A stretch of 64,000 nt of DNA from Vitrella brassicaformis CCMP3155 (Eukaryota > Protista > Chromerida), in contig CDMY01000326.1 of assembly GCA_001179505.1 (NCBI GenBank), positions 1-64,000 of the forward strand, given 5' to 3'. Of this stretch, positions 22,982 to 36,214 are shown one piece after another; positions within the stretch are counted from its first letter, which is position 1; the number at the start of each line of letters is the position of its first letter. A program made the position numbers and the translations under genes. Under the pieces are notes generated by a model, which saw only the letters and a list, made by a program, of their open reading frames with translations, was not told where the DNA came from and searched no databases.

Positions 22982-25328
22982 ATGCATCTTTGCCCCCGCC
23001 CCTTTGTGCTGCTGCTCATGGCCCTGCAGCTGCAGCTGCTCCATGCGTCGTCATGGGCGTTCCTTTCCACCCCCTCCCCCTCCCCCTCCCCCTCCCCTCC
23101 ATCTTGCATCGACGTCAGACAGCCGTGCCCATCAAGGCCAAGGCGGCGGCTCTTCATGGCCGCCCATCGTGACGTCAAAGCGAGTGGTGCTGGTGGTGGT
23201 GTGGTCATGAAGACGCCATCGAAGGAGCGGATTGACACGAGCAACGTGACGGCACTGAGGGAGATACCCAGGACCACTGCCCGGGGTGAGTGAGATAGAC
23301 ATGGCCATGGAAGGAAGCGTGTGATGGAGAAGATGCACATACATGCGATGAATGTGTGTGTGTGGCGTGCTTCGTTGCAGGCGACGGTCGGCTAATATGG
23401 TGTGATGAGGACATCGGCTTGATGCGTTTGCGTGAGGGCCGCAGGAGCGACATCAGGCGGGTGGCGGACTTGATAGTGGATGAGTTCCAGGGGCCCTTCA
23501 GCTGGCTGCAGCTCCTTGCAGGCCGAAGGGTGAGCCCCCCCCCCCCCCCCCCCCCCCCCACACACACACANNNNNNNNNNNNNNNNNNNNNNNNNNNNNN
23601 NNNNNNNNNNNNNNNNNNNNNNNNNNNNNNNNNNNNNNNNNNNNNNNNNNNNNNNNNNNNNNNNNNNNNNNNNNNNNNNNNNNNNNNNNNNNNNNNNNNN
23701 NNNNNNNNNNNNNNNNNNNNNNNNNNNNNNNNNNNNNNNNNNNNNNNNNNNNNNNNNNNNNNNNNNNNNNNNNNNNNNNNNNNNNNNNNNNNNNNNNNNN
23801 NNNNNNNNNNNNNNNNNNNNNNNNNNNNNNNNNNNNNNNNNNNNNNNNNNNNNNNNNNNNNNNNNNNNNNCCCCACACACACACACATGGCCCATGATGC
23901 TTCCGTATATGCAGGCAGGTGCAGTGGCCCTTTTCTCGCTGGGCATCAACGAGAACCTCTTTTCATCCAGATCCTCCTCAGCCACCCCGTCAGTCAGCAA
24001 CCCCATCCCTCTGCAGCCCAACCGAGACAGATTCGGCTCACGGCCGTCCCCCCTGCCGCCATCCGACCTGCGGAGGCACCACGTGCTGCTGGTGATAGAC
24101 GAGGAGAGGACCCGTGCGGCCCAGTGGATCAAGGAGGTGGTCACGGGCAGGCGGCCGGAGGGGAAGGACGTCATCCGCAGGGGCGTGCCTGAGCCGCCAC
24201 GTGAGAGGAGAGAGGGAGATAGATGCATGCATGTGGACCAACGGCTCTGTCCAACCATTGCTGCTGCTGTTTTGTCTGTGGTGTGGCGGTCACCGTGCAG
24301 TGTTGGGCTGCATCGAGCTCGGCTTGGCGGAGAGGCCCAACCTTGAAGGAGGGGTGTGTTCAGACAGCACACAGCCACAAACACACACACGAGGCTATCA
24401 ATCAAACAATGCGATCATTCATTGTGTGCTTAAAATTGCAGCGGGAGATGTCGTGGCGAGAGGTGCTCGAGCTGACAATTCGCTCGCCCGGCCACGGCCA
24501 GACCACCCAGAGCTTCTTCACCACCATCGACAACCCGTCGCAGCCAGCGTGGACCCAGGTGCTGGGTGAGGAGGAGCCCGACGCGCTGGACGAGAGGGTG
24601 ACGGTGCTGGAGAGGGGGGACAGCGGGATGGGGTGGCGGATGATTGACAACAAGACACTCGGCAAAGGTCAGTCAGATGAAAAGAAAAGGTGTGAAGTGC
24701 GCGTGTGACATCATGCCTGCGTGGATGCAGTTCAGCGTGAGCTGAACGAGATGGGCATCACCCGCTCCAAGAAATACCTTGCCTACTTCGCCAATCTCGC
24801 CGTCGCCCCACACGCAAGAAGGAAGTATGTGAGCAGGAGCAACACGTCCACTCACCGCATAGAAAGACACTCACACACACACGCCCCATGTGTGTATTGT
24901 GTGTCTGCAGAGGCCTGGGCACCCTGCTGCTGGACGAGTGTGAGCGCTATGCCCGCCAGTGGGGCTACGACGGCCTGTGGCTGTGCGTGGAGCGGTCCAA
25001 CCGCTCCGGGCGGTCATTATACGTCCGGCAAGGCTATCGCCTTAAGGCCGTCGAGGTCATCAAGCGGCCACACAGCAAGCGCGTCACACTGGGGGGCCTC
25101 TTCTACGAGAAGAAGATCAGCAAGCGGCGACCGATAAAGGGGGAGCATCGTCACGATGACGATGGGGGGGAGAAGGAGAGCATCCTGGAAGCTGTGGGGA
25201 ATGTGCCTCTAGCCAAGGAGGCCTTGATGGGGGTGTCCTGGTCGCTGCGGCCGATGAGCAAGGAGGACCAGCAGCAGCAGAAGCAGCAGCAGCAGACAGT
25301 GGGCAACAAAGAGGGAGGGAACAAGTAG
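22982..25328 (+). CDS. GNAT-family N-acetyltransferase, putatively plastid-targeted
   Basis: C-terminal GNAT core YLAYFANLAVAPHARRKGLGTLLLDECERYARQWGYDGLWLCVERSN..GRSLYVRQGY (acetyl-CoA motif A); earlier strand GCIEL. Leader MHLCPRPFVLLLMALQLQLLHASSWAF, then an S/P/R-rich stretch. One intron spans the gap at 23571-23870. Confidence 0.85.
23571..23870. other. Assembly gap (300 N) flanked by poly-C/(CA)n
   Basis: N run inside the GNAT gene. Confidence 1.
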
Positions 25329-25690
25329 GGTGTGAGCAATGAGCATTTCGGAGGATATAAATGTCTGTGTGGTGGGGCTTTTTGGTCGGTCGATTGCACA
25401 CAAGACACAACGAATGATTCGATGCATCGATCGGGAAACGTTCCCGACGTGATGAATGAATGACTTACTTGTGTCTTATCTCTGCATTGCCTATCTCATC
25501 TTGATTCATGCCTGCTTGTAGCTGAAAGAGGGTCGGCGAAAGAGAGATCCTTATTCGGACAACCTGGCCGGCATTTTGTTTACCTTTGCGGCCCTCTTCT
25601 GAGAGTTGACGCGCCTAATTGATTGCTCTTGGAGTTCTGGCTGCCCCCGCTCCATCCGTCCATCCATTCTCTCCACGTGCCGCCACCTCG

Positions 25691-26647
25691 ATGGACACGA
25701 CCACCACCGCCACAGCAGATGCCACCATGGTGCCGCGACAGAAGGGCAAGAGCAGGGGCGGCAGCAAGCAGGACAAGGCACACGAGAAGCGGCTCAAGGA
25801 GGTGCTCAAGGAGATCCGCGACGCCAACAGACCAAACGAGCCGAACGCCATCGGTACATGTTGGACGACGCCATCCACACACACACACAGATGGATGGAT
25901 GGATGGCAGATTTGCAGGGCATCTACAGTGAGCCTGTGGAGGTGGTGTATGGCGACGAGGAGATGGAGCACATCCACCGGCAGATGAAGCGCGAGATCGT
26001 GTACCCCTACAGCTCACTCATACTCTGCAACGCCGAGCAGTACGCCACCGGCGCGGGTCCGTCAGCCATCCACACACACATACACAATGAAGGGGATGGT
26101 CACAGTGTTGCCCTGTCCACGGTGGGTGAGGTGTGTTGATGTGTTCTGGTGGGTGTGGTGTGTTGATGTGTGCATGTGGTTCGGTTCATTGGTGCCGATG
26201 TACAGGTTTGAAGGACTTTGAGAAGGTGCGGGGCGCTAAGGGCGATGACGACACACGCTGCATGGCAATCGCCGTCAAGGCATCACACGCGGTGCACATA
26301 CACACACACCATCTCTCTCTCTCTCTCTCTCTCTCCATCGGTGGCGCAAACACACACACGGACTCTTCTCCCTCTGTGTGGGCTGAGTGAGCAGTCTGTG
26401 GGCATCAGTCGCGGCGACATCGAGCAGCAGCTGCACGCCTTCAAAAGTGGCAAATTGTGCGGCAAGGAGCTCCCCAACGGAGACACTAAGTCAGTGAGCG
26501 AGCGACTGAGCCGGGGAAAAACCTGTGATGTGATGCGATCGATGTGTGTATGTGTGTGTGTGTGTTGTGTTTAGGTATTTGGTGAGCGCTGCGCGTGAGG
26601 CGTGCGGGCGGTACCGACTCACTTACACGAGGACAGCTACTGACTGA
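25691..26647 (+). CDS. Small uncharacterised protein (~180 aa, 5 exons)
   Basis: Exons MDTTT..KAHEKRLKEVLKEIRDAN / IYSEPVEVVYGDEEMEHIHRQMKREIVYPYSSL / GLKDFEKVRG / SVGISRGDIEQQLHAFKSG / YLVSAAREACGRYRL splice with GT-AG boundaries. No family recognised. Confidence 0.6.
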
Positions 26648-27271
26648 ATGACAGGACGGACCAATGACACCACAGACTCGGGTGTGGTGTGCAGTGCACA
26701 CGATGTTTTCAATCGAACGTAGTCATGAGCTGCGCACCGATGTGCCTGTCTGTCTGCTCGTCTGTCGATGTGTGTGCAGCGCTACTCGTGACCTGACCGT
26801 GTCGGTCATCGATCTCACCCCATGATCGCATCGCATCAAGAACGTGTGCGCCCCCACTTCTGTATAGAACCCCCCTCTCCCTCTCCCTCTCCCTCCTTCG
26901 TGTGGTCGCGTGTGAGTGGGTGTGGGTGTGGGAGTGCGCATGACGGACGACACAGACACAGCAAGAGAAATCAGTGCGTGAAGAGGCAGAACAGCACAGC
27001 ACAGCAGCACCCGAGTCCCTCCCTACAGCGGTGTGCACTGCATGAGTATGCTCGTTGTGTGTGAGTGAATTGTATAGTCGCCATGGCATGGAGGGATGGA
27101 CATGGCCGTGCGATTCGAAGACCGATCGGTCAGTCCAGTCAAGTCATCGCATCAGCCAACTGTCCTGCGTGTCGTCCCACCAACACACGCACATAAACGC
27201 AATAAATGCTCCAACAGCCACCACACACACCCCGAGCTCACACACGCCGGGCTCACTCACAGCACAGCTTG

Positions 27272-29492
27272 CTATCGCTCGCCGAGCATGTTCTCCGGCT
27301 TAACCCAGAGATCGAATTGCTCCTCGGTGACGTGGCCGAGCGCCACGGCCGCCTCGCGGAGAGTGGTGCCCGTCGCATGGGCGTGCAGCGCTATCTTGGA
27401 CGCCTTGTCATACCTATCAGGGACACAACACACACAGTGACACAGAGTGACACACACACAGACGGTGGGGTGAATGGAATGGTCTCTCTTTCTCTCTCTC
27501 TCTGTGTGTGTCAGATACCCAATGTGTGGGTTGAGTGCAGTGACGAGCATGAGTGACTCCCGCAGCAGCTGGTCCACCCGCTGCTTGTTGCACTCGATGC
27601 CCTTGACGCACTTGTCGGCCAGCGAGCGGGAGGCGTCGGCCAGCAGCCGGATGGACCGCAGCACGTTGGACGCTATCACCGGCTTGAACACTGTTCAAAC
27701 AGATCACATGACAGACACATCAATGTGTGTGGGGCCGGGGGAAATGGCGTGTTGTGTCCCTACCGTTGAGCTGCATATGGCCATTGCTGCCGGCGATGGT
27801 GACGGCTGTGTGGTTGCCCATCACCTCACAGCACACCATCGTCACCGCCTCGCCTGTCGATTGGCACACAGACGAGACGACACACTCGTGAAGTGATATA
27901 ATGCCATCCACGTATTATCGTCCGTGTGGCTGTGATGTGCTCTTGGCACACACACACACATCAGACGCACACTAAGCACATTAATGAATTACATTGTGTG
28001 GGGTTGACTTTGCCGGGCATGATGGAGCTGCCGGGCTCGTTGGCCGGCAGCTGCAGCTCGCCAATGCCGCAGCGGGGGCCGCTGCCCAACAAACTGAACT
28101 CACACACATAACAGACACACATCTATCCGTCCATTCATCGCAAATAACATATCGACATACCGACATACCGGATGTCATTGGCGATCTTCATGAGTGACGT
28201 GGCTGTGGCATTGAGGGCGCCGTGCAGCTCCACCAGGGCGTCGTGACACGCCAGCGCCTCAAACTACACACACACACACACACACACGATGACGGGCACA
28301 CGACCGTCCATCCATCCACTCTTCGAGTCGATGCGTGTGTCGTGGGTAGGGTGAATGAGTGGAAGAGCCCTCCGCTCACCTCATCTCACCTTGTTCTCGG
28401 CCGTGACGAATGGCAATTCCGTCTCCCTCGCAACCTCAGCCTAAACACACAGAGGGATGGATGGTCTTGGTCTTTCTCTCTCCGTCTCTCCGACACGCAC
28501 ACACACATACAGCGAATTCCTCCGGGAATGCCTTGTAGCAGTTGATGCCCGTCCCCACCGCCGTGCCGCCCTGCGCTAACGCCATGACGTCCTGCAGGCC
28601 CCGCTGCACCCGGACCACCGAGTTGTCAACCTGACACAAACACCCCCACAGCACAGAGAGAGAGAGAGAGGGGTGACGGATGGAATGGATGTGTGGATGC
28701 GTTTCTGTCTGTATGGGCCGACCAGACCTACCTGTTTTCTGTAGGCTGAGAACTCGTCGCCCAGTGTGAGCGGCGTCGCATCCTGTCCGACGCAAACGGA
28801 CGGTGGGGCGTACAGTACACCGTGTGTGGGTATGTGTCATCCATCACTCACATAAGTACTTGCCTGCATGTGTGTGCGTCCGATCTTGACAACCGACTTG
28901 AACTCCTCCTCCTTGGCCCACAGACTCGCCGCAAAATGCTACGGTGGACACACACAACACACCGGGGGCGGGCAGGGCACCACACCTGCATTCATTGCAT
29001 GTGTTGTGTGTGCAGTGCACACCAGGTCCGATCTAGCTAGGCACTCACTGACCTGTAGAGCAGGGATCAGGCGGCGATGACACTCCACGGCAGCAGCGAC
29101 GTGCATCGCTGACACACAGACACCACACACACACATAAACAAGGAGGGGGCGGACTAACTAGAGAGAGTGTGGCAGAAGAGTGTAGCGTGCCCACACACC
29201 CACAGGCAGACGCACAGGTACTCACCTGTGGGGAAGGTGTCGTTAGACGACTGAGCGTGGTTGCAGTGGTCGTTGGGGTGGATGGGCGACTTGGTGCCCA
29301 GCGGCTGGCCCAGCAACTCGTTGCCGATGTTGCTCAACACCTCATTCTGCACACACACATTCACACACACATACACAGGGGGAGAGGGGATGGATGGACG
29401 TCGGGCCTGCCCATCCCATACATCCCCTCTCTCACAACGCAACGCCCCATACCATGTTCATATTCGACTGAGTGCCGGAGCCGGTCTGCCTG

Positions 29493-29525
<33 letters not shown>

Positions 29526-30203
29526 CAATACACACAAGGCCTCCCTCCCTCCCTCCCTCCCTCCCTGGCTCAGGCAGGCAGGCAGGCAGGCAGTCAGGCA
29601 GTGACTCACTGACCAGACGACCAAGGGGAACTGGTCCATCATGCTCTCCTCATTCAGCACCCTGTCGGCCGCACGCACTATCGCACCAGCCACCTTGGAG
29701 TCGATCTTCCCGTGCTTGCCATTCACACGCGCGGCACATCTACACACACACACACACACAGACAGAGAGAGAGAGAGAGAGAGACCCACAGAGAGAAGGA
29801 ACGGCACCTCACGCAGCGGAACACGCGCAGACACACACAGCCAGCTCACTTCTTGACGGTTGCGAGTGCCGTGATGAGCGGCCGCGGCATTCGCTCGTTG
29901 TCGGATATGCGAAAGTTATCCAGAGAGCGCTGCGTCTGCGCGCCCCAGTACCTATGGCCAACATAACACATGAATGAGCGTGAGGAGTCCATTCACACGC
30001 ATCCTCACGCAGCACGCCCTTATCACTCTCCCTCACTTGTCGGCCGGCACCTCCACCTCTCCCAAAGAGTCCTTCTCCACGCGGAATGACGACATCGACC
30101 GCAATGATTCACAGCACCGAGATCTATGAGAGGCGTGGAACCCTGACAGCACACCAAGACGAGAAGGCTCCGACAAGAATGGCTTGTAGCGATGAAGCCA
30201 CAT
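27272..30203 (-). CDS. fumC: Class II fumarate hydratase; a second in-frame ATG lies at 30095
   Basis: [74 protein letters not shown], superfamily signature [28 protein letters not shown]. About 15 exons. Confidence 0.97.
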
Positions 30204-30278
30204 CGGGGAGATCTGCCGTCGCGCGATCTGTTGGGCGATGGCGCGTCTCAAATGGGGGCCGATCTGCTTGCTTTCCCC

Positions 30279-30311
30279 AGGACGAATTCGCAAGGGAAAC
30301 GAATTCGTCCT
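30279..30311. promoter_or_regulatory. Perfect 12-bp inverted repeat in the fumC/PLAC8 divergent spacer
   Basis: AGGACGAATTCG / CAAGGGAAA / CGAATTCGTCCT. The repeat is seen directly; a regulatory role is inferred from position only. Confidence 0.55.
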
Positions 30312-30389
30312 TCTTTCTGCCGTCGGTGGTCTGTCCGTGAAGGCGAAGTAGCGAACGAACGCAGCGCATCGACGTCTGCAGTGTGAGAC

Positions 30390-31311
30390 ATGGGGAGGAT
30401 GGCGAAGGTCTCTGTTGACTTGGAAGCTGGTCCCGCCCTGCCGCTGCCGTCCGTCGCGCTGTCGCCAAGGAACAGACAGACCTGGTCACACCGATGGAGC
30501 GACCGCCTCTTCGAGCGCCACACCCATCCGCTCTCCTGTCTGCTGGGCCTCTCCATCCGGCCGTCCCTGGCGCATTTCAAGGCGTGGACTGTAAAGAAGC
30601 TGGCCGTATCGTCTTACAGGCGGACGCTGCTGACGCTGCTGCTACTGCAGGTGCTGGGAGCGGCGGCGATTGTGGTGTCGCTGTTCTTGGAGCCCCTGTC
30701 TGTGGGGCAGCTGGTGGTCGTTGGGGTGGGGGGGCTGTGTCTGCTGGGATTTGTGGCCGTCAACCAATACTACAGGAGGAAGATCAGGGAGTAAGTAGGC
30801 GGCCGATCGCTCTCTCTGGTGTGCATCTCTCCCTTTCCTTTTGCTTGTCTGTCTTGTCTGTCTGTGTGTGAAATGAATGTGCAGCTTCTACAACATCCCT
30901 GAAAGCGACATGTGCGACGACTTCTGCTGCGTCCTCTGCTGCGGACCATGGTAAACCTTTTCCCTCCTGCCCACACACACAGGCACACGCATTTGCCTCT
31001 CTCCTTCCCTATCTCTCTTCAGCACCATTTTGCAAGAGTATCGGCATCTGCTGCGTGCCCTCTCGTATAAGAAGGACAAGCGGCGCCGGTCGTCGCCTCA
31101 AGGCTTTGAGCGAATGGGGCGGACGGGGCTCATCATGGTGCCGCTCAACAAGGGCTCTGGCAGTGCCATTATTGGTAGCGGCACCACCGTTGCTAGTGGC
31201 GGGAGCGGCGAAAGCAATGGGCCGGGGCTTGGGGTGGGGCTGGGGATCTCTTCAAAAGGGTCGAGAGTTAGTGCTGCGCCTTCTGTGAGGTTCAGTATGA
31301 CAGAACTCTGA
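30390..31311 (+). CDS. PLAC8 (DUF614/PCR-CNR) family Cys-rich membrane protein
   Basis: Splicing 3 exons gives RRKIRDFYNIPESDMCDDFCCVLCCGPCTILQEYRHL, the PLAC8 C-terminal signature, preceded by two hydrophobic helices. Confidence 0.8.
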
Positions 31312-31657
31312 TGAATAAGGATACGTCATTGATCGACAGACACCACAGAGCGAGAGGCGCACAGAGGTCCTGGCAGACCCAGGGACGCATGCCTCAGCGC
31401 CAAGAGTAGCAGCACGGGCATGTAGCATCTTCACACACACACGTCAGGAGGGCTGAGTGCTGAGAACGACTGATGACAAATGCAGTGGACTCGCAATGCA
31501 TTGGACCAGCGGCAAACTATGCCGGGCCGAAGAGACAGAGACATAGAAAGAGAGAGAGAGAGAGAGCGCGAAAAAAAGCCTCAGAGAGAGAGCAGCAACA
31601 GGCCGTGTGCGGGCAATAGCTACCACAACCAATTGCAGCCAACAGCAAGGGCACTAC

Positions 31658-34600
31658 TTACTCCCCCTTGAGATAAACCAGCCACGGGGGACACCTACTC
31701 GCCCCCACTCCCCCAACAGGCGTCACAATCAGCCGCCCACTCTGGCCCTTCTCGCCCTTGAAGCTCACAGCAATCCCCACACCCTTCCGCGCGTCGATCT
31801 TCTGCACGCCCGCACCCCCGAGCACAAACGCAGGATTGTCGATCTCAAGAGAGAACTCGGTCGCAGCGGCGAAAGGGTTCTTGAAGTCGACGGAAGAGGC
31901 CTTGCCAGAGGGGATGGTGACCGGGCCTTGTGGCTGGGGGGGCAGGGCTATGCCGACGAGGAGGGCCTGGTACTCGAAGCCTTCTGGCGACTTGAGTGTG
32001 AGGATGGCGCGCATCTCCTCGAGCTGGCAGGGGACGAAGCGGATGTCCAATTGGACCTCTACACCTGCACACACACGCACACACACAGAGAGATAGAGGG
32101 AGAGATGGCGTGTGTGTGTGGGTGTGTGGGTGGGTGTGGATGTGCACCGTTGCCGGTGGTGTCCGCCTGTGCTGCGATGCCCTTTGCCGCGTCCATCACA
32201 AAGACGTCGCTGAATGGGGGTGGGGGGGAGGAGGGGGAGGGGGACTCAGCAGGGGAGGACAGAGCCACCTGAGACACAGATCCAGCCATCCATCCCTCCA
32301 TGTGTGTGTTTGCGGGCAGATGGGGCTGAGCAATGGACTGACTTGATAAGACGTCGGCTTGGCCCCAAAGTGCAGGAGACGGAAGGTCTGCACGGTCTCG
32401 CGGCCTGCATACCACACACACCACACACACACAGATACCGATCCGGCTGCTGCCAATGAGATCTGCGTGTGTGTGTACCAGCCACCAGCCCACCCACCGA
32501 GCGGCGCTTTGAAGGTGATGGTCTTTTCCAGCCCCGCTGGCCGTGCCGTCCACATGAGCTGATACCGATATGTGCCCAGGACGTTCTTCTCGCTCGCCAA
32601 GGTCACCTTCTGCTCCCCTGCAGGCCACACACAGAAACAAACGCACTGAGCGGACGGACGACGGAGGTGAGCGGGGAGAGAGGCGTGAAGTGAAAGCCTC
32701 ACTCACCTGATCCGACAACCGTCGGGCGGTATAGCACGTCGAGTGTGCCTTTGGTGTTGGGCTCCACGGCGAAGGGCTGGGGGGCGAACTTGACCTCAGG
32801 ATGATCACACTGGCACGTGAAGGCCACAGCCTGACACACACACACACACACACACGGCGAGGAGAGACAGCGCTGAGAATCCGCCCACACACAGAGAGAG
32901 AGGGACACGGACACGTGACGCAGAGAGCCATACGTGTTTCAAAGGGTTGAACACAGTCACAGCCGTCTTGCACACGTGCCGCACCACGCCGTCCATCCGC
33001 AGCACCCCCAAGCTCTCCCCCTCCTTGAAGCCCAGCACCGCCTCCCCATTCAAGTACTCGCCCGTCTGCACCTGCGTCAGCCGCACCAGCACACGAGCCG
33101 CGGCAACCTCCTGATACGCCAGCACCGTGAACCGGTAGTCTCGCGACTGCCCGGCAGGCAGCTCGAAGGAATCCGTCGACTGCACACACAAAAATTGGAG
33201 ACATCCATCAGAGTCTTTTCTTCTCCGTATCAGATCGCCGACTTGCCTCGATTTTGAAGGCCTCGGCGGCCTCTGAGCCGGCGGCTGGTTCGACGAGGGC
33301 GACTTCGGCTCTGAATTTCTGTCTGATTGGGAGCCAGTTCTTGAAGGGGATGGCGACGGCGGAGAGCACTTTGCAGGGGAGGGAGAGCTCGACGCGGGAG
33401 TCGATCTCGGGGGGGAGGGACTTGCCCGACAGCCTGACGTGTGTCGTGCAGAGATGTATATGTGTGTGTGTGTGTCCATCTCCCCCCTCTCTCTCTCTCT
33501 CCCCTTTATGAGTGTGTGTTGGAGAGGGGGGTCTTTCGTACTGACTTGTATTGGAGCGCGTTGCCATCGGGTGTGGCGATGAACAGCAACCCCAGGTGCT
33601 CCGCTGGCTCCGTCACCCTCTTTCTCTCCCTAAACACGCCCTCACCCACACCACCTGATGGTGCCGGCTTCTTCTCCTCTTTCTCCTTCTTGTCGTCCTT
33701 TTTCTTGCCGCCCTTCTCGGCCGCTGGCGGCGGGGGCGCATCGGCGGCCGGCTCGTCAGCAGCTGCCGGCTCGGCTGTCATGGTAAACGGCCTGTATGTG
33801 ACGGTGAGCACGCCCTCGCCACTTGGGGGGATGGACAGGGTGTCTGTAGGGGAGACCGCCCAGTACACCTGCGCCTTTGGCTCGTCTGTCCTGATGACTG
33901 GCGTGACTGTCCAGGGGGTGGCTGTGGGATTGGGCACCTTGACGGTCTCCTTCTTCTCGGTGCGGACGGGAGTGGCGAATGAGAGTGGCTTGACGGACTC
34001 TTCTGCGAGGGAGAGGCCTTTGCCGGTGACGCCGATGGTGAGCTGGATGGTGGGGGGGCCCTCGATGATGCACTGCACCTCCAATGAGAGCTCGCGGGGA
34101 TGCGCCTGACACAGGCACACACACACACACACACACAGAGAGAGGGAGAGAGAGAGAGGGCCACTCCTCCCTCTATCTATCAATCTTCAGCAAATCAGTG
34201 GTGGCTGGCCAGAAGCCTACCGTCTTGGGGTGGAAGGCAATCTCGATCGCGATGTCCTCCTGCGGCGCGAGGTATCCCTCCATGGGGCTGAAGCCCAAGA
34301 GCCCGTTCTCCCTCCCCCTCTGCGGCAACACAAAGCGGAACTTGCTCCCCACGTCGCCCCCATTATGCAGCCGACCGTGCCGCACCGCCCGGGAGTTGAC
34401 AATCACCGCACCAAACCCCACTGTCTGCGGCGTGAATCGCACTTCGGTGGCGTAGCTCTTCCCAGCAATGGTTGTGACGGGGAGGGACGTGGATGGCAGA
34501 TTCTCAGGCACGGCAACCAGCGGCAGTCGGAATGGGGGCACCTTGCTCGTCGGCGCGAAGGAAATGTCGATCTGCTGCATGTCTCGTGGACGGAGAGAGA

Positions 34601-36179
34601 TGGGCATGTCGGGGAAGAAGGTGACGGCGTGGTCTTTGAGCCGGTGGGAAGAGTCCTCTAGGGAAAAGGCCACCCGGCGCTCCGACCTGTTGACGACCTT
34701 CACCGATCTGCTGGCCCTCTGCCCCGCCAACACGCCCCCGAAGTCGATGAGCGCCATGTCGCTCGATGAGAGTTCCAAGCGGAGAGGGCACCCTTTGCCC
34801 GAGAGGGTGACTGCCATTGGTGTGTGCTCGTTGAGGACAAAGACGACCCGTTCTCTGTAGGTTTTGTTGGGCTCTTTTGGTGAGAACACGATGGGGACGG
34901 AGAGGGAGTCGTTGGCGGGGATGGTCGACTGGTGCAGGAGCACTTGCAGGTGATCCACACCACTGCAACCAAGACACACAGACACACACACACAGGGAGA
35001 GAGAGGGGGGGGGGAAGACGAAAATGAAGCGGCTTACGCAAAGTCCGTCGCAATCGTGCAGTCCTGCTCCTCATCCTTATTCGTAATAACCAGCTCCTTA
35101 GTCACCGCCCCCTCATCAGCGGGGTGCTCGATCGGCGGCAAAGATGGCGACCCTCCACTAATGTCCGGCCGGACAAAGCACGGGCCGAAGTCGTGGTGGT
35201 GGAAGGAGAACTCGACGAGGGGGCGGGACGATCTCCCGGTGAGCTCGATGGTGTAGCTGCGGCCTCCCGGTATTTGGCATTGGATGAGGGTGCCGTCCAG
35301 AAGGTGAGGCTGCAGGGGGTGGTACGTCACGTCAAAGGAGGTCTTGGCGCCTGCATTGGTGTGACATGGTCTTGTTCTTGTCTCTCTAAGCTTTGGTGGG
35401 CAGTCGTGTGGTGCACCACTTTCTATCCACCCACCTTGTGTGGCGATGCCTTGTGCGGGCGTGATGGTGATGAAGGGTGGCACCGCGCCGGAGTCAGCCG
35501 GCGGCTGGGGCGTCCCGTCCCTGGGCCTGGGGGACACACACACACACACATCCATTCCCACCCCCACCACAGCACAGAGAGAGAGAGAGGAGCTAGGTGG
35601 CCCACTTGATTTTCCAGTTGAAGTCGAAGCTGAATTTGCCCCTGTTGACAAGGCCCAGCTTGTAGGCCCGCCGCTCCATCACCGCCAGCTGACCGAAGGA
35701 GACCCGCTCCAGTGCCGCCTCGGCCCCAGTGGTCAGTTCGGGGACCGACCGGATGCGGCCGTCGTCCTCCTCGATGATCAGCTCCTGGACACACACACAC
35801 ATGCACAGACACACACATGTGTGTGTGCTCTCTGTCTCTCCCTGTGTGTGTGTCCGGGAGACCTGGTTGATGGCGTACCCCTCCCCCTTGATGTTGAGCG
35901 TGATGGGCCTCTGCTTCCGCCGCACGCGGCACACCAGATTCAGGTTGACCGCCTTCTCAGCCGTGGGGCGGAAGTCAATCTCCAACGGCACTGACGCGCC
36001 TGCGCGCACACCACAGGAGAGCACAGAAGAGCACAGAAGAGTGTGCGTGTGTGTGTGTGTTGGGGGAGGGTGGGATGTGTGGGTGTGTGTGCCTGGTGAG
36101 ACGACGCCGTTGAGTGGGGTGACAGTGATGGTGCCGTCCGCATCGCCCGCCTGGCTCTCAAGCGACAACCTACCATACA

Positions 36180-36214
<35 letters not shown>

